Assembly: GCA_937946835.1 (NCBI GenBank)
Contig: CALFAV010000026.1
Coordinates: 39,228 to 103,227, forward strand
Source of the DNA: an uncultured Verrucomicrobiae bacterium
GTDB taxonomy: Bacteria; Verrucomicrobiota; Verrucomicrobiia; Limisphaerales; J093
Direction of reading: 5' to 3'
Length of the DNA stretch: 64,000 nucleotides
The notes below the pieces were generated by a model. That model did not search any database and was not told where the DNA came from. It saw only the letters and a program-made list of their open reading frames with translations. Below, piece by piece: positions 18,401 through 26,492 of the stretch (positions are counted from its first letter, which is position 1; each line of letters starts with the position of its first letter). A program made the translations under genes and the position numbers.

Positions 18401-19810
18401 AGCGGCGACGCCTACAGCCCGGGCTGGTTCGAGCTGCCCCTGGCCGCGGGCCAAACGCTCGAGGTGATCGCTTGTGCCGACCCGGATGAGCCCGCCGGGG
18501 AGGAAATTGAACGCGCCTTTGATTCAAGCCCAAGTCCATCCGGGATCACGGCTCCGGCGGCGGCGGATGACGACGCTTTTGCCGCCCGGCTGCGCCAGGC
18601 CGTCCGGGCGTTTGTGGTGCGCCGCGGCCGGGGGCAGACCGTTATCGCCGGCTATCCGTGGTTCTTGGACTGGGGGCGCGACGCGCTGGTGGCGTGCCGG
18701 GGCTTGCTGGCGGCGGGTCAGGCGGAGACCGTCCGGCAGGTGCTGCTGAACTTTGCCGCGTGGGAGCGGGACGGCACATTGCCCAACGCCATCTTCGGCG
18801 CGGACGCCTCCAACCGCGACACTTCGGACGCGCCGCTGTGGTTCGGCCTGGCCGTCGAGGAATTTTGGGACCGCCTGCCAACAGCCCACGAGCGCGGTGC
18901 CTTCCTGGCCGCACCCCTCGGGGAGCGTGGCCGGAACCTGACGGCGGTGTTGCGGTCCATCGCCTCCGCTTACCTGCGGGGCACCCCGAACGGCATCCGG
19001 GTGGACCCGGACTCGGGACTGGTCTTTAGTCCGGCCCACTTCACGTGGATGGACACCAATTTCCCCGCCGCCACACCGCGCGAAGGGTATCCGATCGAAA
19101 TCCAGGCCCTGTGGATTCGCCTGCTGCGGCTGCTGGCCCGGCTCGAACTGCCGCCGGTGACGGAACCTTGGACCAAGCTGGCCGGCCGGGCCGCTGAGAG
19201 CCTCGAGCGCTTGTTCTGGCTGGAGGAGCCGGGATGGTATGCAGATGTGCTCCTGGCCCGGCCGGGCCGGCCGGCTGCCACCGCCACCCCGCAGGATGCC
19301 CTTCGGCCCAACGCGCTGCTGGCGGTCACCCTGGGGCTGGTTTCCGGGGAGCGCGCCCGGCGGTTGGTGGAGGCCGCCCGCCGCTGGCTGTTGGTGCCCG
19401 GCGCCGTGCGTTCGCTGGCCCCCCTGCCCGTTCACCCGCCGCTGGAAATCCGCGGGCGCGGCGGCGAGTTGTTGGGCGACCCGGTTCGCCCTTATTGGGG
19501 GCGATACGAGGGGGATGAAGATACGCGCCGCAAACCCGCTTACCACAACGGCACCGCCTGGGTTTGGATGCTGCCCCAGTTCTGCGAGGCCCTGGCGCGG
19601 GCGTGGGATTTCTCTCCGGCGGCCGTGGCAGCGGCGCGCAGTTACCTGACCAGCGTGGAGCCTCTTCTGGCCGCCGGCTGCGTGGGGCAGTTGCCGGAAA
19701 TCCTGGACGGCGACGCCCCGCACACCCAGCGCGGCTGCGACGCCCAGGCGTGGTCCGTCACCGAAACCCTGCGGGTGTGGGAGTTGTTGCGGGCGGCCGC
19801 AGCCGGTTAA
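15446..19810 (+). CDS. Fusion protein: GlgE-like GH13 alpha-glucan-active domain plus amylo-alpha-1,6-glucosidase (glycogen debranching GDE_C-type) domain
   Basis: N-terminal half has GH13 regions: FLDLAINHTGWGS...HPEWF, GVDGFRCDAGYKVP, FLLEGLGG, VHYSETHDN. C-terminal half has AGYPWFLDWGRDALVACRGLL, DAPLWF, HFTWMDTNF, GYPIEIQALW, YHNGTAWVWMLPQF, DAQAWS. Confidence 0.8.
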   Translation: MTVRLIQTPAPGERRVCFVGDRLRFTLRVDPPGPWPQGWCGYLRTNLGRGAVLWEELLTAVEQRKPPTLCAWRDIPMRREGEVWVLDLPLAEVGWFRAKACAVDARGWLHWPEGPDFGVNVQPAWCRTANTIYCAFPRQFGPSKTARVTEPPAHAAEIATLDRAGYTVIPPSGKLRDLTRELPHIFDTLGCRILHLLPINPVPTTYARFGRFGSPYAAQDFLAIDPALVEFDGRTTGVDQFRELTRAVHARGGRVFLDLAINHTGWGSTFQERHPEWFLRDAGGRFVSPGAWGTIWEDLVELDHRHAALRRELGEIFVEWCRRGVDGFRCDAGYKVPLPVWQYLIARVRREFPDTVFLLEGLGGSWEATEALLTEGGMQWAYSELFQNYSGRDVAGYLDYALRQSERVGLYVHYSETHDNPRLAARGRAWSLLRNRLCALTSVSGAFGFTCGVEWLAPERVNVHSSRGLAWGNPDNLVAELGRLNRLLAEHPCFFDHARLTRLSPPDAPVYALLRESAEGRDAVLVLVNTDPDAAHTCRLDADQLARARLHFATDAPALPVDLLGQSPPAWEPDADRAVRLRLPAGGAYCLAAQAAPAGRHGEAYRLQRAREALALQVLGQHLPVERLGRVDLSTLAEWLARDPAGALAAVAALPAELPEEQVPAALQPAHSGYPRVVEWRLPDRARVVPIPAGHWLLVWEAHPFRATLEVPGAPAPVHLESTPVHAGHVAVFTPRPGPAEATLTLERYGPGEAAVRGTLRFLASGPAQPGPSLGEGRVLLTNGRGGMARLAVNLGAIESKYDCLLGANLHPDLPVDRHILAKRARVWINADGFLSPLNADNLLEFSPEPPPRWRFLAHAGDGRGVEIHLTAAMLSGRNTTVLRFHRPERPPPLGKPLPPTADVRLTVRVDLEDRNFHHETKHNPGTDQHFRRHLRGLEPRPGFEFAPAADRRLRVWATTGRYHDAPEWCFNIAHPVEQSRGLEGSGDAYSPGWFELPLAAGQTLEVIACADPDEPAGEEIERAFDSSPSPSGITAPAAADDDAFAARLRQAVRAFVVRRGRGQTVIAGYPWFLDWGRDALVACRGLLAAGQAETVRQVLLNFAAWERDGTLPNAIFGADASNRDTSDAPLWFGLAVEEFWDRLPTAHERGAFLAAPLGERGRNLTAVLRSIASAYLRGTPNGIRVDPDSGLVFSPAHFTWMDTNFPAATPREGYPIEIQALWIRLLRLLARLELPPVTEPWTKLAGRAAESLERLFWLEEPGWYADVLLARPGRPAATATPQDALRPNALLAVTLGLVSGERARRLVEAARRWLLVPGAVRSLAPLPVHPPLEIRGRGGELLGDPVRPYWGRYEGDEDTRRKPAYHNGTAWVWMLPQFCEALARAWDFSPAAVAAARSYLTSVEPLLAAGCVGQLPEILDGDAPHTQRGCDAQAWSVTETLRVWELLRAAAAG

Positions 19811-19830
19811 ACGGTTGTGGAGGCGGGCGA

Positions 19831-19861
19831 GCCGCCGGGGAGCAGCATCTCCCCCGGCGGC
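19831..19861. terminator. GC-rich hairpin between convergent genes
   Basis: gccgccggggag-cagcat-ctcccccggcggc forms a 12-bp stem with one bulged C, 21 nt after the 19810 stop. There is no clear U-tract, so its function as an intrinsic terminator is uncertain. Confidence 0.3.
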
Positions 19862-19997
19862 CGGCCGGGCTCGCAAGCGCCGGAGTTGGCGCCCGGGCCG
19901 ATTCTCCTGCCATGGGAAATTGGGCGAAACGGCCGGTCGGGACCCGGCGCTCCATGCCCGCAGCACCCCATCCCGCCGAAGAAAGGCAAAGTCCCGG

Positions 19998-22085
19998 TCA
20001 ACCGCGCGCCGTCGGGACCCCGGGCAGGCCGTGATCGGCGCCGTTGATGGGACCGCCGGCCGCGGCCAGCAGCTTGCGCCAGGTGGCCAGGGCCAGCAGC
20101 GGCCAACTGTTCCGGTACATGTCGTACTTGAGGTAGTAAACCCGCGGGAAGCCGGTGCCGGTGGTTTCGTCCTCGGTCCAGGAACCGTCCGGGTTTTGCG
20201 TGCGGGTCAGGTATTCGATGCCCCGCAGCAAGGCCGGGTGGTTGGGATCGCCAAAGGTGCACAGCCCCATGACCGCCCAAGCGGTCTGGGACGCGGTGCT
20301 GGGGCCGCGGCCCTTGAACACGGGGTCCTCGTAGGTATCGCACCGCTCCCCCCAGCCACCGTCCTCGTGCTGGATGCTCTCGAGCCATTCGCCGGCCTTG
20401 CGCAGCCAGGGCTGGTTCATGTCCAGGCCCAGGGTGTGGAGGCCGCGCAACACCTGCCAGGTGCCGTAGATGTAGTTGACGCCCCAGCGACCGTACCAGG
20501 AGCCGTCGGGCTCCTGATGCTTGCGCAGGTACTCGATGGCCCGGGCCACCTGCGGATGGTCAAGCGGATACTTCTCATGGCCGAGGACCTCGAGGATGCG
20601 CGCGGTGATGTCCGCGCACTCGGGGTCGAGCATGGCGTTGTGATCGGCGAAGGGGACCTTCTCGAGGATGTTGTTGGTGCAGTCCTTGTCGAAAGCCGCC
20701 CAGCCGCCGTCGCGACACTGGAAGGTGAGCATCCAGTTGAGGCCGCGCCGGTAGGCGGCATCGCGCGCGGCGGGATTGTCCGTGGGCGTCAGGCGAAGGG
20801 CCAGCAGGACCATGGCGGTGTCGTCCACGTCCGGGTTCCACTTGTTCTCGAACTCGAAGACCCAGCCGCTGGGCTCGACGGGGGCGGGGTTCTTGTGCTG
20901 CCAGTCGCCGCGGAAACGGATTTCCTTGCCCAGCAGCCAGGTGGTGGCCTTTTTCAGGGCCGGGTGGTCGGCCGGCACGCCCGATTCGCGCAGGGCGATG
21001 GCGGCAATGGCGGTGTCCCAGACCGGCGACAGGCACGGTTCCATCCAGACGTGCTCGGCGTTCTGGTGCTCGAGCTTTTTGAGGTTGGCCTCGGTTTGGC
21101 GCACCAGCGGGTGGTCGGGCGGGTACCCGAGGACCTTGAGCGCGATGAGCGAGTTGAGGATGGCGGGAAAGATGGCGGCCAGGCCGTCGGACCCCTCGAA
21201 GCGCTCGATCATCCACTGCTCGGCGCGTTTGAGGGCGCGACGGCGGAAGGGGTGGATGCCGGCGCGGGCCCAGAGTTCGGCGAACTTGTGGAGCTTGTCC
21301 AGGGCCAGGAAAAAGTTGCGCCAGGTGAACAGGTTCGGCCAGGGGTCGCGGGGCAGGCGCAGGTCGCGCTCGTGGTAGCCCTCGGGGAAGAGTTCGTTGA
21401 TGTGGCAACCGACCGGCCGGGTGGGGCGGAAGTGGTTGATGATGGCCAGGGGCACGAGCATGGCGCGGCTCCAGTTGCTCATGTCCCAGAAATTCACGCG
21501 AAACCACTTGCCGATGAGCAGGACCTCGCAGGGGATGGTGGGCACGTACTTCCAGGGGTACAGACCCAGCAGGGCGAGGTAGAGCTTCGAGAAGGTGTTC
21601 ATCCGCGGCACCCCGCCCAGGCTCAGGGCCACGGCCCGGGCGCGCAGCATGCGGGGATCGGTAACCGGCACGCCGGCCAGTTTGAGGGCCAGATAGGCCT
21701 TGATGGTGGCATTCACCTCCGGCGGGCCGCCGTGGTAGATGTTCCAACCGCCCCCCGGCAGTTGCTGGGAGAGGATGTAGTTGGCCGCCTTGCGTTGCCA
21801 CTCGGGGTCCACGCTGCGGTCCCAGTGCCGGAAGGCGATCATGTCGGACATGATCGTGGTGTCCACGATCAGTTCACCCAGCCAGTAACCGTCGGGGTTT
21901 TGAAGGCCCAGGAGGTGGTTTTGGGCGCGCTCGATGGCGCGCTCGACCGCGGGCACGTACTGGCGGGCGCCCGAAACGGCCAGGCCTTGGTGGACGGCAG
22001 CGGTTTGGGTTTCGAGTTTGCTGACCGGCATTGCGCGACTGTGCGGGGGGTTCGAAGTTTGGTAAAGCCGATTAACGCCCGGCAC
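19998..22085 (-). CDS. shc: Squalene-hopene cyclase
   Basis: NPDVDDTAMVLLAL (DxDDTA catalytic motif). Repeated QW-type motifs: QNPDGYWLGE, QLPGGGWNIY, QCRDGGWAAF, QEPDGSWYGRWG, QHEDGGWGE, QNPDGSWTED. An alternative start at ATG 22031 (MPVSKLE...) would remove the 14-nt overlap with the upstream gene. Confidence 0.9.
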   Translation of the reverse strand: MPGVNRLYQTSNPPHSRAMPVSKLETQTAAVHQGLAVSGARQYVPAVERAIERAQNHLLGLQNPDGYWLGELIVDTTIMSDMIAFRHWDRSVDPEWQRKAANYILSQQLPGGGWNIYHGGPPEVNATIKAYLALKLAGVPVTDPRMLRARAVALSLGGVPRMNTFSKLYLALLGLYPWKYVPTIPCEVLLIGKWFRVNFWDMSNWSRAMLVPLAIINHFRPTRPVGCHINELFPEGYHERDLRLPRDPWPNLFTWRNFFLALDKLHKFAELWARAGIHPFRRRALKRAEQWMIERFEGSDGLAAIFPAILNSLIALKVLGYPPDHPLVRQTEANLKKLEHQNAEHVWMEPCLSPVWDTAIAAIALRESGVPADHPALKKATTWLLGKEIRFRGDWQHKNPAPVEPSGWVFEFENKWNPDVDDTAMVLLALRLTPTDNPAARDAAYRRGLNWMLTFQCRDGGWAAFDKDCTNNILEKVPFADHNAMLDPECADITARILEVLGHEKYPLDHPQVARAIEYLRKHQEPDGSWYGRWGVNYIYGTWQVLRGLHTLGLDMNQPWLRKAGEWLESIQHEDGGWGERCDTYEDPVFKGRGPSTASQTAWAVMGLCTFGDPNHPALLRGIEYLTRTQNPDGSWTEDETTGTGFPRVYYLKYDMYRNSWPLLALATWRKLLAAAGGPINGADHGLPGVPTARG

Positions 22086-23367
22086 GTGGCGGCTCCGCCG
22101 GCAGTGGCCCCTGGGGCATGCCGGTGATGCGCCAATCGGAGTCCTGCTTCACGTACAGGGTGCGGGTCGGGAAGGCGAAGCTGAGGCCGGCGGCATCGAA
22201 ACGCGCCTTGAGGGTGAGGTTCATCTCCTGCATCCCGGCCAGGTAGGCCTTGTAGTCGGTCGAGTTCCACCAGTGGATGACCAGGAAGTTCAGCGAGAAA
22301 TCCGCGAACTGGTTGAAGCTCACCCACACGTCCGCGGTCATGGGATGGCTCTTGAAGACCTCGGTGATGAGGTCGGCGGCCAGTTTGACCTTTTCGGCCG
22401 GGGTGTCGTAGGTGATGCCGATGGTCATGACCGTGCGGATGTTGGGGCGCTTGGAGATGTTGGTGATCACGGTGTTGGCCATGGTCTTGTTCGGGATGGT
22501 GACCAGGTGGCCGTCCAGGTTGCGCAGCCGGGTGCTGCGCAGGCCGATTTCCTCGACCACGCCGTCGAAGCTCTCCACCCGGATGCGGTCGCCCACCGCG
22601 CAGGGCTTGTCCATGAACAGGGCCACGGCCCCGAAGAGGTTGGCCAGCGTGTCCTGCGCGGCCAGGCCCACGGCCAGGCCGCCGATGGACAGGCCGGCCA
22701 GCAGGCTGGTGATCTCGATGCCGAGGTTTTGGGCGGTGAGCAACGCGGCAATGAGGAGGATGAAGTACTTGCCCACCCGACGCACCAGCGGGAAGAGCTG
22801 CCGGTTGAAAAACACGTCCTCGGCCGCCCCCGCGCGCTGGCGCCAGAAGACCAGCAACACGTCCATCGCCTTGATGACCATGAAGGTGAGCGACCAGGCC
22901 ACCACCACCCGCAGACCCTTGGACAGGTAATCCTGCACCACCGCCGGCCAGGCGAACACCCGCAGGCCAAAGTTCAACACGATCACGAAGGTGATCACCT
23001 TGACCGGGCCCTGGACCACCTGCAGCAGGATGTCGTCGTACTGCGTGGCGGTGCGCGCGGCCAGGACCCGGAGGCGGCCCGCGACCAGCCGGTTGACCAG
23101 GTAGGCGCCCAAAAAGGCCAGGCCGATGTAGGCCAGGAAGGCCAGGTATTTCCAGAGTGGCTCCCCGAAGACCTCGTTCTGCAGGAAACTCACCCGAACC
23201 AACAGTTGGCCCACCGCGTCCGAGGGAGCCGGTGCCGTGGCGGGAGCATTGGTCGCGGTGGGGACCGCCCCGGTTGCTTCGGCCGCGCGCAGCACAGCCA
23301 GCCCGCTCCCGCCCCAGCAAGCAATGGCGGTCAACGTTCTGCTCAGCGTGGACTCGGACGGTTTCAT
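22072..23367 (-). CDS. Mechanosensitive ion channel family protein (MscS-like)
   Basis: N-terminal TM helices followed by LAGLSIGGLAVGLAAQDTLANLFG, then the beta domain VGDRIRVESFDGVVEEIGLRSTRLRNLDGHLVTIPNKTMANTVITNISKRP. Confidence 0.85.
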   Translation of the reverse strand: MKPSESTLSRTLTAIACWGGSGLAVLRAAEATGAVPTATNAPATAPAPSDAVGQLLVRVSFLQNEVFGEPLWKYLAFLAYIGLAFLGAYLVNRLVAGRLRVLAARTATQYDDILLQVVQGPVKVITFVIVLNFGLRVFAWPAVVQDYLSKGLRVVVAWSLTFMVIKAMDVLLVFWRQRAGAAEDVFFNRQLFPLVRRVGKYFILLIAALLTAQNLGIEITSLLAGLSIGGLAVGLAAQDTLANLFGAVALFMDKPCAVGDRIRVESFDGVVEEIGLRSTRLRNLDGHLVTIPNKTMANTVITNISKRPNIRTVMTIGITYDTPAEKVKLAADLITEVFKSHPMTADVWVSFNQFADFSLNFLVIHWWNSTDYKAYLAGMQEMNLTLKARFDAAGLSFAFPTRTLYVKQDSDWRITGMPQGPLPAEPPRAGR

Positions 23368-23466
23368 GGTCTGGCGTGGTTCCCTGCCCTTTTCCAGAGT
23401 CTCCCGGTCCGCGCCGCCGCCTTTTCCAGCGACGCGGCAGTGGGTCCCTCTCCCTTGATGCCCGGG

Positions 23467-24912
23467 CTAACCCGCGGTCGCCCCTGCTTCCGCCTCTGCC
23501 CGCCGTTTGCGGGCGATGGCATGGGTGGCGTAGCCGTAAAAGACCTCGGCGCACTCCATGAGCGTTTCCGACAGAGTCGGATGTGGGTGGACCGACAACG
23601 CCAGGTCCATGGCCGTGGCGCCCATCTCGAGCGCGACCACGCCCTCGGCGATTAGTTCCCCCGCCCCGTGACCCACGATGCCCACGCCCAGGATGCGTTC
23701 GGTCTCCGGGTCCACCACCAGCTTGGTCAGGCCATCGGGCCGGTCGAAGGTGAGCGCGCGGCCCGAGGCCGACCAGGGGAATTTGGCCACTTCGACGGCG
23801 AGGCCCCTGGCCCGCGCCTCGGCCTCGGTCAGGCCGCACCAGGCCAGTTCCGGATCGGTGAAGACCACCGCGGGGATGATGAAATCTTCGGCCGTGGCCG
23901 ACTCGCCCAGGATGCGTTCGACGGCGATGCGCGCCTCGCGCGAGGCCTTGTGGGCCAGGAGCACCCCGCCGGCAATGTCGCCGATGGCCAGGATGCGCGG
24001 GTCCTGGGTTTGCTGGTACGCGTCCACCTCGATGAAGCCCTTTTCATCGCGGGTCACGCGGGTGTTTTCCAGACCCAGGTCGTCGGCGTTGGGAACGCGC
24101 CCCACCGCGACCAAGACGCGGTCGTAAAGCTCCTCGCGCCGCTCGCCATTCCATTCCAGCGTGACCTTGATCTGGGCACCCCGCGTGGCCATGTCCAGCA
24201 CCTTGACGCCGGTGCGGATTTCCTTGAAGCGCCGGGCGGCCCGCGCGGCGATGGGCCGGGCCAGGTCCGGGTCGGCCCCGGTGAGGATTTGCGGGGCGGC
24301 CTCGACCACCACCACCTGGCTGCCCAGGGTGGCATAGACGGTGCCCAGTTCCATGCCGATGTAGCCGCCGCCGACCACCAGCAACGTGGGCGGGATGTCC
24401 TCGAGCTCGAGCGCCTCGGTCGAGGTCATGATCCGCGGGTTGCCCAGGTCAAAGGCCCGGGGCATGGCCGGTTTCGAGCCGGTGGCCACGATGGCGTGGT
24501 TGAACCTGACGAACTGCTGGCCGTTCGGGGTTTCGACCCGGAGCGTCTCCGAGTCCTCGAAGTACCCGCGGCCGGGGAGGACCTGCACGTTGCGCCGCTG
24601 GGCCAGTTGGCTCACGCCGTTGCCGAGTTTTTGCAAAATGGACTCCTTCCAGGCGCGCAGCCGGTTCAGGTCCACCTGCGGCGGGCCGAAGTGCAGCCCC
24701 CAGTGCTCCGCCTCACGGGCCACGGTGAGCACGTGCGCGGCGTTGAGCAGGGCCTTGGACGGGATGCAGCCGCGGTTGAGGCACACGCCTCCCAGCCGCG
24801 CCTCGCGTTCGACCAGGAGGACCTTCCGGCCGTGATCCGCGGCGTAAAACGCGGCCGTGTACCCGCCGGGGCCGGCGCCAATGACCACGATGTCCGTTTG
24901 CAGGGGTTCCAT
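23467..24912 (-). CDS. lpdA: Dihydrolipoyl dehydrogenase (E3)
   Basis: DIVVIGAGPGGYTAAFYAA (FAD fold), redox disulfide GGVCLNRGCIPSKALL, LLVVGGGYIGMELG (NAD fold), C-terminal HPHPTLSE. Start set at ATG 24912 (MEPLQT...), 2 nt after the E2 stop. Confidence 0.9.
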   Translation of the reverse strand: MEPLQTDIVVIGAGPGGYTAAFYAADHGRKVLLVEREARLGGVCLNRGCIPSKALLNAAHVLTVAREAEHWGLHFGPPQVDLNRLRAWKESILQKLGNGVSQLAQRRNVQVLPGRGYFEDSETLRVETPNGQQFVRFNHAIVATGSKPAMPRAFDLGNPRIMTSTEALELEDIPPTLLVVGGGYIGMELGTVYATLGSQVVVVEAAPQILTGADPDLARPIAARAARRFKEIRTGVKVLDMATRGAQIKVTLEWNGERREELYDRVLVAVGRVPNADDLGLENTRVTRDEKGFIEVDAYQQTQDPRILAIGDIAGGVLLAHKASREARIAVERILGESATAEDFIIPAVVFTDPELAWCGLTEAEARARGLAVEVAKFPWSASGRALTFDRPDGLTKLVVDPETERILGVGIVGHGAGELIAEGVVALEMGATAMDLALSVHPHPTLSETLMECAEVFYGYATHAIARKRRAEAEAGATAG

Positions 24913-24914
24913 GC

Positions 24915-26210
24915 TTACAAGCGCACCAGGTGTTCCTCGAACTGCTCGATGGCCCGCACCAGGTCCGTGATGAACCGCGCGGCGCTGCCGCCGTCTATGA
25001 CCCGGTGATCGTAGGACAGGGCCAGCGGCAGCAACGGCCGACCGGTGACCTGGCCGTCGCGCCAGACCGGTTTCACGGTTGCCCGGCCCACGCCCAGGAT
25101 GGCCACCTCGGGCAGGTTGACGATGGGAGTGAAGTGCCCGCCGCCGATGCCGCCCTGGTTGGACACGGTGAACGTGCCGCCCTTCATGTCCTCGACGGCC
25201 AGTTTGCGCTCGCGCGCCCTGCGGGCCAGGTCCTCGACCTCGCGGGCCAGTTCCAGCACGGATTTTTTGTCCGCATCGCGCAGCACCGGCACCATCAGGC
25301 CGGCCTCGGTGTCCACGGCGATGCCCAGGCTGATGTAAGATTTGAGCACCAGATTTTCGCCGGACTCGTCCAGGCTGGCGTTGAAGACCGGATGTTTCTG
25401 GAGCACGCCGGTGAGGGCCTTGAGCAACAGCGGCGTGACCGTGAGCTTTACCCCGCGCTCGGCGTAGGCGGCCTGATGGGCCTGGCGCAGGTCGTTGAGC
25501 CGGGTCAGGTCGGCCTCGTCGAACTGGGTCACCCGCGGCACGGTTTCCCAGCTCTGGCTCAGGCGCCGGGCGATGGTCTGGCGCAGCGGGGAGAGGGGTT
25601 TGATGGTGATGGGCCCCCATTTGGCGAAGTCCAGCGGCTCGGCCGCCGGGCGCGGCTGGCGCTCCGGTGTGGCGGCGGCCCGGGCGGCCAGGCGTTGCAG
25701 GCGCTGGATGTAGGCGCGCAGGTCAGCCAGCTCGATGCGCCCGCCGCGGCCGGTGCCCCGCAGACGCGCGAGGTCAATGCCCAGGTCCCGGGCCAGACGC
25801 CGGATGGTGGGCGAAGCGGCCGGGGGCGGCCCGCCGGGGGCGGGTTCGGACTCTTCGGGGAGCGGTTCGACCTCTGAAAGTTCTTCCCGCGGCTCGGCCG
25901 GGGTGGTGGCACGCGCCACGGGGGTGGGGGCTACAGCGGCCGGGGTCACCGCCGCTGGCGCCGCGCCGGGCGCGGCACCGTCCTCACCCAGGCTGATCAG
26001 CTTCTGGCCCACACTGACCTTGTCGCCGGGCTTGATGAACACGGCCTTGACCGTGCCCGCGGCGGGGGAGGGGATGCTGGCGACGGCCTTTTCGTTTTCC
26101 AGTTCGAGGAGGGGCTGGTCCTTGGCGATGGTGTCGCCGGGTTTGACGAAAACGCTGACCACGACGCCGGATTCGGCGCCTTCACCCAGTTTCGGCAGTT
26201 TGACATCCAT
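24915..26210 (-). CDS. Dihydrolipoamide acyltransferase (E2 component of a 2-oxoacid dehydrogenase complex)
   Basis: Lipoyl domain MDVKLPKLGEGAESG...LELENEKAVASIPSP, subunit-binding domain ASPTIRRLARDLGIDLARLRGTGRGGRI, catalytic domain with LSYDHRVIDG. Start set at ATG 26210. No E1 gene is adjacent. Confidence 0.85.
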   Translation of the reverse strand: MDVKLPKLGEGAESGVVVSVFVKPGDTIAKDQPLLELENEKAVASIPSPAAGTVKAVFIKPGDKVSVGQKLISLGEDGAAPGAAPAAVTPAAVAPTPVARATTPAEPREELSEVEPLPEESEPAPGGPPPAASPTIRRLARDLGIDLARLRGTGRGGRIELADLRAYIQRLQRLAARAAATPERQPRPAAEPLDFAKWGPITIKPLSPLRQTIARRLSQSWETVPRVTQFDEADLTRLNDLRQAHQAAYAERGVKLTVTPLLLKALTGVLQKHPVFNASLDESGENLVLKSYISLGIAVDTEAGLMVPVLRDADKKSVLELAREVEDLARRARERKLAVEDMKGGTFTVSNQGGIGGGHFTPIVNLPEVAILGVGRATVKPVWRDGQVTGRPLLPLALSYDHRVIDGGSAARFITDLVRAIEQFEEHLVRL

Positions 26211-26492
26211 AGGCTGATCACCCGCGATGCGGCCGGGAATCCGGCTGGCAGCGTTCGGACGGTGGTCCCACCCCGGCGGGACACAGGGGATTAAGCTTGC
26301 GGGCGGCCTTCGGGCTGACAAGCAGATTTGCGGGGGCACGGTCCCGTGATGGGAGGCAGGGTGTCGGCCCCAAAGGACGTGGTCCGGTTAGGGTTCAAGG
26401 TGCCGCATTTGAAGCTTGCGCGGGTGAAAGCCAGGGTTAGCCTTCAAAGCAGACTCAGCCTCGATAGCGAATTCGCAACTCGATTCATCCCC

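Noticed and set aside
15425-18454. 1009-aa minus-strand ORF antisense to the GH13/GDE gene. Similar cases: 2350..4305 (-), 6419..8443 (+), 8646..10601 (-), 10610..12472 (-), 12303..14066 (-), 19815..22127 (+), 34511..37336 (+), 39764..41668 (+).
   Set aside because: Their translations are Gly/Arg/Pro/Ala-rich low-complexity sequence with no motifs, while the opposite strand carries clearly recognisable proteins. Long antisense open frames are expected in very GC-rich DNA because stop codons are depleted.
24913-25620. N-terminal extension of ORF 23467..25620 (and similarly 3998..4159 for nagA, 1577..1699 for the methyltransferase, 26211..26339 for E2)
   Set aside because: These extensions overlap the well-supported upstream gene in a different frame and are low-complexity. 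The recognisable protein begins at an internal ATG right after the upstream stop.
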